A DNA stretch of 39,765 nucleotides from the IMG/VR virus record IMGVR_UViG_3300048629_000064, positions 1 through 39,765 of that record. One strand, written 5' to 3'. Below, in pieces: positions 36,259 through 39,765 of the stretch (position 1 is its first letter; every line of letters starts with the position of its first letter). A program made the translations under genes and the position numbers. The DNA is from a virus (taxonomy: Duplodnaviria; Caudoviricetes). A model generated the notes under the pieces. That model searched no databases. It was given only the letters and a program-made list of their open reading frames with translations, and was not told where the DNA came from.

Positions 36259-36527
36259 TTGATTGTTTTCCTCCATTCCTTTTCAGGAATGCTTGAGCAG
36301 CATTGCTCTTCCATCTGATCTAATCGGAAATCATAATATTTAAATTTTTGTGATAGAAACTCACGATTAAGAACAGACTTCTCTACTTTATCCAGGCGAG
36401 ATTTAATCTGTTCTTCTGCTCGGTCAATCCCAGTAAATACAGAACCAACTGATGCAATAAGAGCACCAAGCAATACAACTACAATTGCAGACAGATATAT
36501 ATGCTTAGTGCTCGTATTATCAGCCAT
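36255..36527 (-). CDS. N-terminal TM + coiled-coil protein (i-spanin or holin candidate)
   Basis: ATG at 36527 (TAATG); IYLSAIVVVLLGALIASVGSVF, a heptad region and C-terminal CC. Confidence 0.6.
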   Translation of the reverse strand: MADNTSTKHIYLSAIVVVLLGALIASVGSVFTGIDRAEEQIKSRLDKVEKSVLNREFLSQKFKYYDFRLDQMEEQCCSSIPEKEWRKTIK

Positions 36528-37252
36528 TATACAGTCTCCGTATGCTCCCAATAATGATTAACCCGTCTCATCTGGTCAGAGGCTAAGATCATTTTACCCT
36601 CCTGTGCAGAACCAAACAGCAGAGCATAATAGATATCCCCAGGGACTGTTGTCTGTCGGCCCGGAGGGCATCTGCCAACCCATTTCTTTTCAAAAATTGG
36701 ATTGCCGTCTGGATCCTGACCAACAAGAATATTCTCCTCCACCAATGCACCTACAGTATAGAGATAGTTCCAGTGCTCATCATATATGCCTACTGTCCGT
36801 GCATCCGGGGGCCTATTTGGGTCAATGAACTCAACCACGAATGACCAATACCAGCCAGGCCAACCCCCAGTAGTTTTCTCATATCGACTCATGGTGACAA
36901 CGAAAGGTTGCCTATCCACGGGATATACGGCTTTGGTGTTGGCTACAGGTGTTTCCTGCATATGCCTCATGTCGTGTCCCTGCCAATGATGGATGTTTTG
37001 CTGGTCAGTTGCAAAGCCCTCCACTGAGTTCATAAATGGAGTGAAATGGTCTTCATACAGTTGTAGGTCAAGAAACGACTGTTCACCATTGTTACCCCAG
37101 GATCCCACCACAGTGACATTGGTTATCACCCTTGACGACAGACACTTCCTATGACCACTCGACGTGACCCCTAACAATACTGCTGTACCATCAGAAGGGA
37201 ACAGGTCCCCATTCTTGTCAGCAGGGGGTATCAGATATAGATAGTTCATCAT
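36527..37252 (-). CDS. Hypothetical virion-associated protein
   Basis: 241 aa with an AGGAG RBS; follows the fibre-like genes. Confidence 0.6.
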   Translation of the reverse strand: MMNYLYLIPPADKNGDLFPSDGTAVLLGVTSSGHRKCLSSRVITNVTVVGSWGNNGEQSFLDLQLYEDHFTPFMNSVEGFATDQQNIHHWQGHDMRHMQETPVANTKAVYPVDRQPFVVTMSRYEKTTGGWPGWYWSFVVEFIDPNRPPDARTVGIYDEHWNYLYTVGALVEENILVGQDPDGNPIFEKKWVGRCPPGRQTTVPGDIYYALLFGSAQEGKMILASDQMRRVNHYWEHTETV

Positions 37253-37257
37253 ACTCC

Positions 37258-37878
37258 TTATGTTGCTAAGGTTATTTTCTCGAAGAAGAAATTGCCTGCA
37301 GTGGCTTCATCTACATTGGCAGCCACACCCCGATACTTAACAAGCAGCATCTTGGTCTGTGGGTTATCTCGTACATAGAAATCATGCCCTGCGGACCAAA
37401 ATGCAGCGTCGTTGCTATAGTAAGATAGGAGCTTCGCAGCGGTAACAAGCTCTGCTTTAGTAGGTGTTGCAGTATATGCGCTAACTACAGTAGGCCTATC
37501 CAAGTCCTGCAGAGTTAACAAGGCTGTTACAGTGGCGATTTCAACCCCCCCGATATACGCCTTGCCATCCTGCTTAACCTGGAAGGTCGCTTTAGCCACA
37601 CCAGTGTTTGGATCAAATAGACTGAAGGAGAATGACTTAGTGGTCTTGTCATACTCCATTATAGCAGTTTGGTGTCCTGCGTCCAGATCAATAACCTGCA
37701 TCTGTGCAGCAGAACCAGCAGCTTCAATCTCCATCTTCATAACTGGATTATTCCCCTTCATTACTGCAATTTCTTGAGGGGCCAATATTAAGTCAAACGA
37801 GTCTCGTATATCAGCAGGCTCTATCTCACCAGTTGTGTTGTTAGGCAACTTTACAAGTATGTCATCATGTATGCTCAT
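37258..37878 (-). CDS. Putative short tail fibre/structural protein
   Basis: N-terminal LPNNTTGEIEPADIRD, beta-rich middle, AAGGAG RBS. Confidence 0.55.
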   Translation of the reverse strand: MSIHDDILVKLPNNTTGEIEPADIRDSFDLILAPQEIAVMKGNNPVMKMEIEAAGSAAQMQVIDLDAGHQTAIMEYDKTTKSFSFSLFDPNTGVAKATFQVKQDGKAYIGGVEIATVTALLTLQDLDRPTVVSAYTATPTKAELVTAAKLLSYYSNDAAFWSAGHDFYVRDNPQTKMLLVKYRGVAANVDEATAGNFFFEKITLAT

Positions 37879-37894
37879 TGTATCTCCTTGTTAT

Positions 37895-39742
37895 TTATTT
37901 AAATCCACTATCAAAACCAGCATCAAAAGCAGAAGCCATCGAACTCCCGCTAGCAAACTGATTTTCAATCGCCTGTTTTAAATCCGCGTAGTGGCCTCCT
38001 CCCCATGCTCGGATACAATGCACTGAGGCAGAACCCTCCATAGCAGTAAACATTTTGAAGTCATCAGATATATTCCCGCTATAAGGAACATCTGCTGACC
38101 ATACGCCGTTAACCATAATGGACATAAGTGAATCAGTGCTGTTCCATCGGACACCTACCTTGTTGACTTGATCTATAATGCCTGGAACAGACACTGAATT
38201 AAGCTCAGAATCAGTAAGGATAAAATTAGTTGAGTCAGCTATTTTTCTACAAGACGCATTTTGCAAATAGCCATCCCAACCTGAAGTTGGTACAAATGCG
38301 AGTACCGTAGTATCTCCAGTAGTAATCACATCCGTTTGCATATAATTCCCACTGTTAACACTACCAAGATTGCCTCCAATTTTGCATGATATGTGATCTG
38401 ATACACCAGACGTTACCCCTTCAGGTTGGTAACGTATTTGATAACTGTCCATTGCTGCGGGTGTTACTAAAGGAAGAGGTCGTATTGAGTTTGGTGATCC
38501 AGCAGGATGATAAGCAGTTCCGTTTCCAACAACCCAATCGCCATAACATTTCCATTCGGCAGCGCATGCCCCAGAAAATTGAGGATCAGCTATGAGCTCA
38601 GGCCCAAGCCCATAACTTAAAAAAGTTCCTGCAATCAAACCCGGAGCAGGGTTAACTTCCATATAAACAGCACCAGAGTCGTTGTTCAGATTCGCTACAT
38701 TGTAGGCGTAGTTGATACGGTCAGTTGACACAACAGTTCCATCAGTGAATATTGGACCGATGTTTTCTACTTCATCAATAGTCTTATTTAAATAAAGTTC
38801 GGTATTACCAACAATATGCTCCGCTTGAACATTGTTATTATCAGTATTTCTTATCTCTACCACTATATTTGCTATACCGATAGACTTTTTCATTTCAATA
38901 AGAATGGCAAAAAAATCACCTTTATTAATAACGGTATACCTTCCATTAGCGCCTTCTCCAAATGAATAGCCTATACTTGATATTAAAGAATAAGCATTAA
39001 CTATTATTTCAAGTGTATCAACTCTAGATCCTGAAGCTCTGTATTCTATTCTTGATTTAACCGAATACATTGGATTAGCAGATTTCTTCTTAAAATAAAA
39101 TACAACAGTATTAATTGCCTGATCGTCCAGTGTGGGGTGATTCGCTATTAATTGTGGAACAGTACCGTCGCCAACTGACGTCACTAATGATGCTGTATTT
39201 GGTTTTCCTGTTATACCTACTTGATTATAAACTATATTACAGTTTGTCGCCAACCAATTGGTTAAATCCCTTGAATACTTAATCTCATTGGTTACAACAT
39301 TTTGATAGTGTAACGCTGTAGCTATAGGATTTCCCTGAGCATCTGTTGAGTATACACTTCCATTAGCGAGTCTGCCGCCACGCCACACTGGAAGGTCTGC
39401 CTGAAACTTATTGAATACCCCAGTATGATCCGGCTGGTATATATCAGCTGTATGACTTGTAACTGGAGTACCAACACCTTTAAGCTGCAAGAACATCTCA
39501 TGCAATGGGTCATCACAAGCACCTACAAAATCTTCAGATATTGCTGGTGTGTAAATCATATTATTCACTGCGTACGTCTGATTATCTGCTTCAGTATTCG
39601 GTGATCGTACCTCCTGCAGGTCACACGGCCCCTGATCATCGTACGCCCATGTAGCAACCTGCCCTTCAGTAAATGGAACGTCCATTATAAGACCCATCTG
39701 AGAAGGGTCAGTTGGTGAAAATACTACCGATTTAGGATGCAC
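37895..39742 (-). CDS. Tail fibre/receptor-binding-like protein, 3' part; true start at position 362 via the junction
   Basis: 615 aa here. TNEIKYSRDLTNW and ELIADPQF...W patterns resemble carbohydrate-binding-like phage modules; ends AFDAGFDSGF. Confidence 0.7.
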   Translation of the reverse strand: MHPKSVVFSPTDPSQMGLIMDVPFTEGQVATWAYDDQGPCDLQEVRSPNTEADNQTYAVNNMIYTPAISEDFVGACDDPLHEMFLQLKGVGTPVTSHTADIYQPDHTGVFNKFQADLPVWRGGRLANGSVYSTDAQGNPIATALHYQNVVTNEIKYSRDLTNWLATNCNIVYNQVGITGKPNTASLVTSVGDGTVPQLIANHPTLDDQAINTVVFYFKKKSANPMYSVKSRIEYRASGSRVDTLEIIVNAYSLISSIGYSFGEGANGRYTVINKGDFFAILIEMKKSIGIANIVVEIRNTDNNNVQAEHIVGNTELYLNKTIDEVENIGPIFTDGTVVSTDRINYAYNVANLNNDSGAVYMEVNPAPGLIAGTFLSYGLGPELIADPQFSGACAAEWKCYGDWVVGNGTAYHPAGSPNSIRPLPLVTPAAMDSYQIRYQPEGVTSGVSDHISCKIGGNLGSVNSGNYMQTDVITTGDTTVLAFVPTSGWDGYLQNASCRKIADSTNFILTDSELNSVSVPGIIDQVNKVGVRWNSTDSLMSIMVNGVWSADVPYSGNISDDFKMFTAMEGSASVHCIRAWGGGHYADLKQAIENQFASGSSMASAFDAGFDSGFK

Positions 39743-39765
39743 AGGAGCAGCGCCATCATGATAAT
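39633..39765. repeat. Terminal direct repeat, right copy
   Basis: Matches 1-134 with a 1-nt deletion near the end. Confidence 0.95.

Noticed and set aside
39633-39765. Biological direct terminal repeat
   Set aside because: It falls mid-gene, and its length and terminal indel fit an assembly overlap.
1-39765. tRNA genes, integrase/att site, alternative genetic code
   Set aside because: No cloverleaf or recombinase motifs noticed by eye; genes are full length and tightly packed under the standard code.

Overview
The window is an apparently complete, circularly permuted tailed-phage (siphovirus-type) genome of about 39.6 kb. Bases 1-126 are repeated exactly at 39633-39758, and one tail gene runs across the junction. 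The minus strand carries the virion module: terminase, DUF4055-type portal, a MuF head protein fused to an HExxH peptidase, scaffold, major capsid, neck, tail tube, a G/GT chaperone with a -1 frameshift, tape measure, a large tail-tip protein with duplicated PKD+DUF285-like modules, fibre-like genes and membrane/lipoprotein genes. It also carries a RepB-primase/PriCT-2/SF3 helicase gene. The plus strand carries an APSE-1-like replication set (DUF2800 nuclease, DUF2815 SSB, family A polymerase, SNF2 helicase, VRR-NUC) containing a nucleotide-modification cluster. That cluster has a dNMP kinase, an all-alpha dNTP pyrophosphatase, a thymidylate-synthase homologue with the dCMP-type Asp, a dCMP deaminase, and a C5-cytosine-methyltransferase-fold enzyme with rewired motifs (ENV->DNL, motif X GN->GK). 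It is the best candidate for an undescribed system, namely a cytosine hypermodification pathway. A second candidate is a multi-hairpin attenuator-like leader in front of the capsid gene. I recognised no integrase, repressor or endolysin. All family assignments come from motif recognition by eye; no searches were run.
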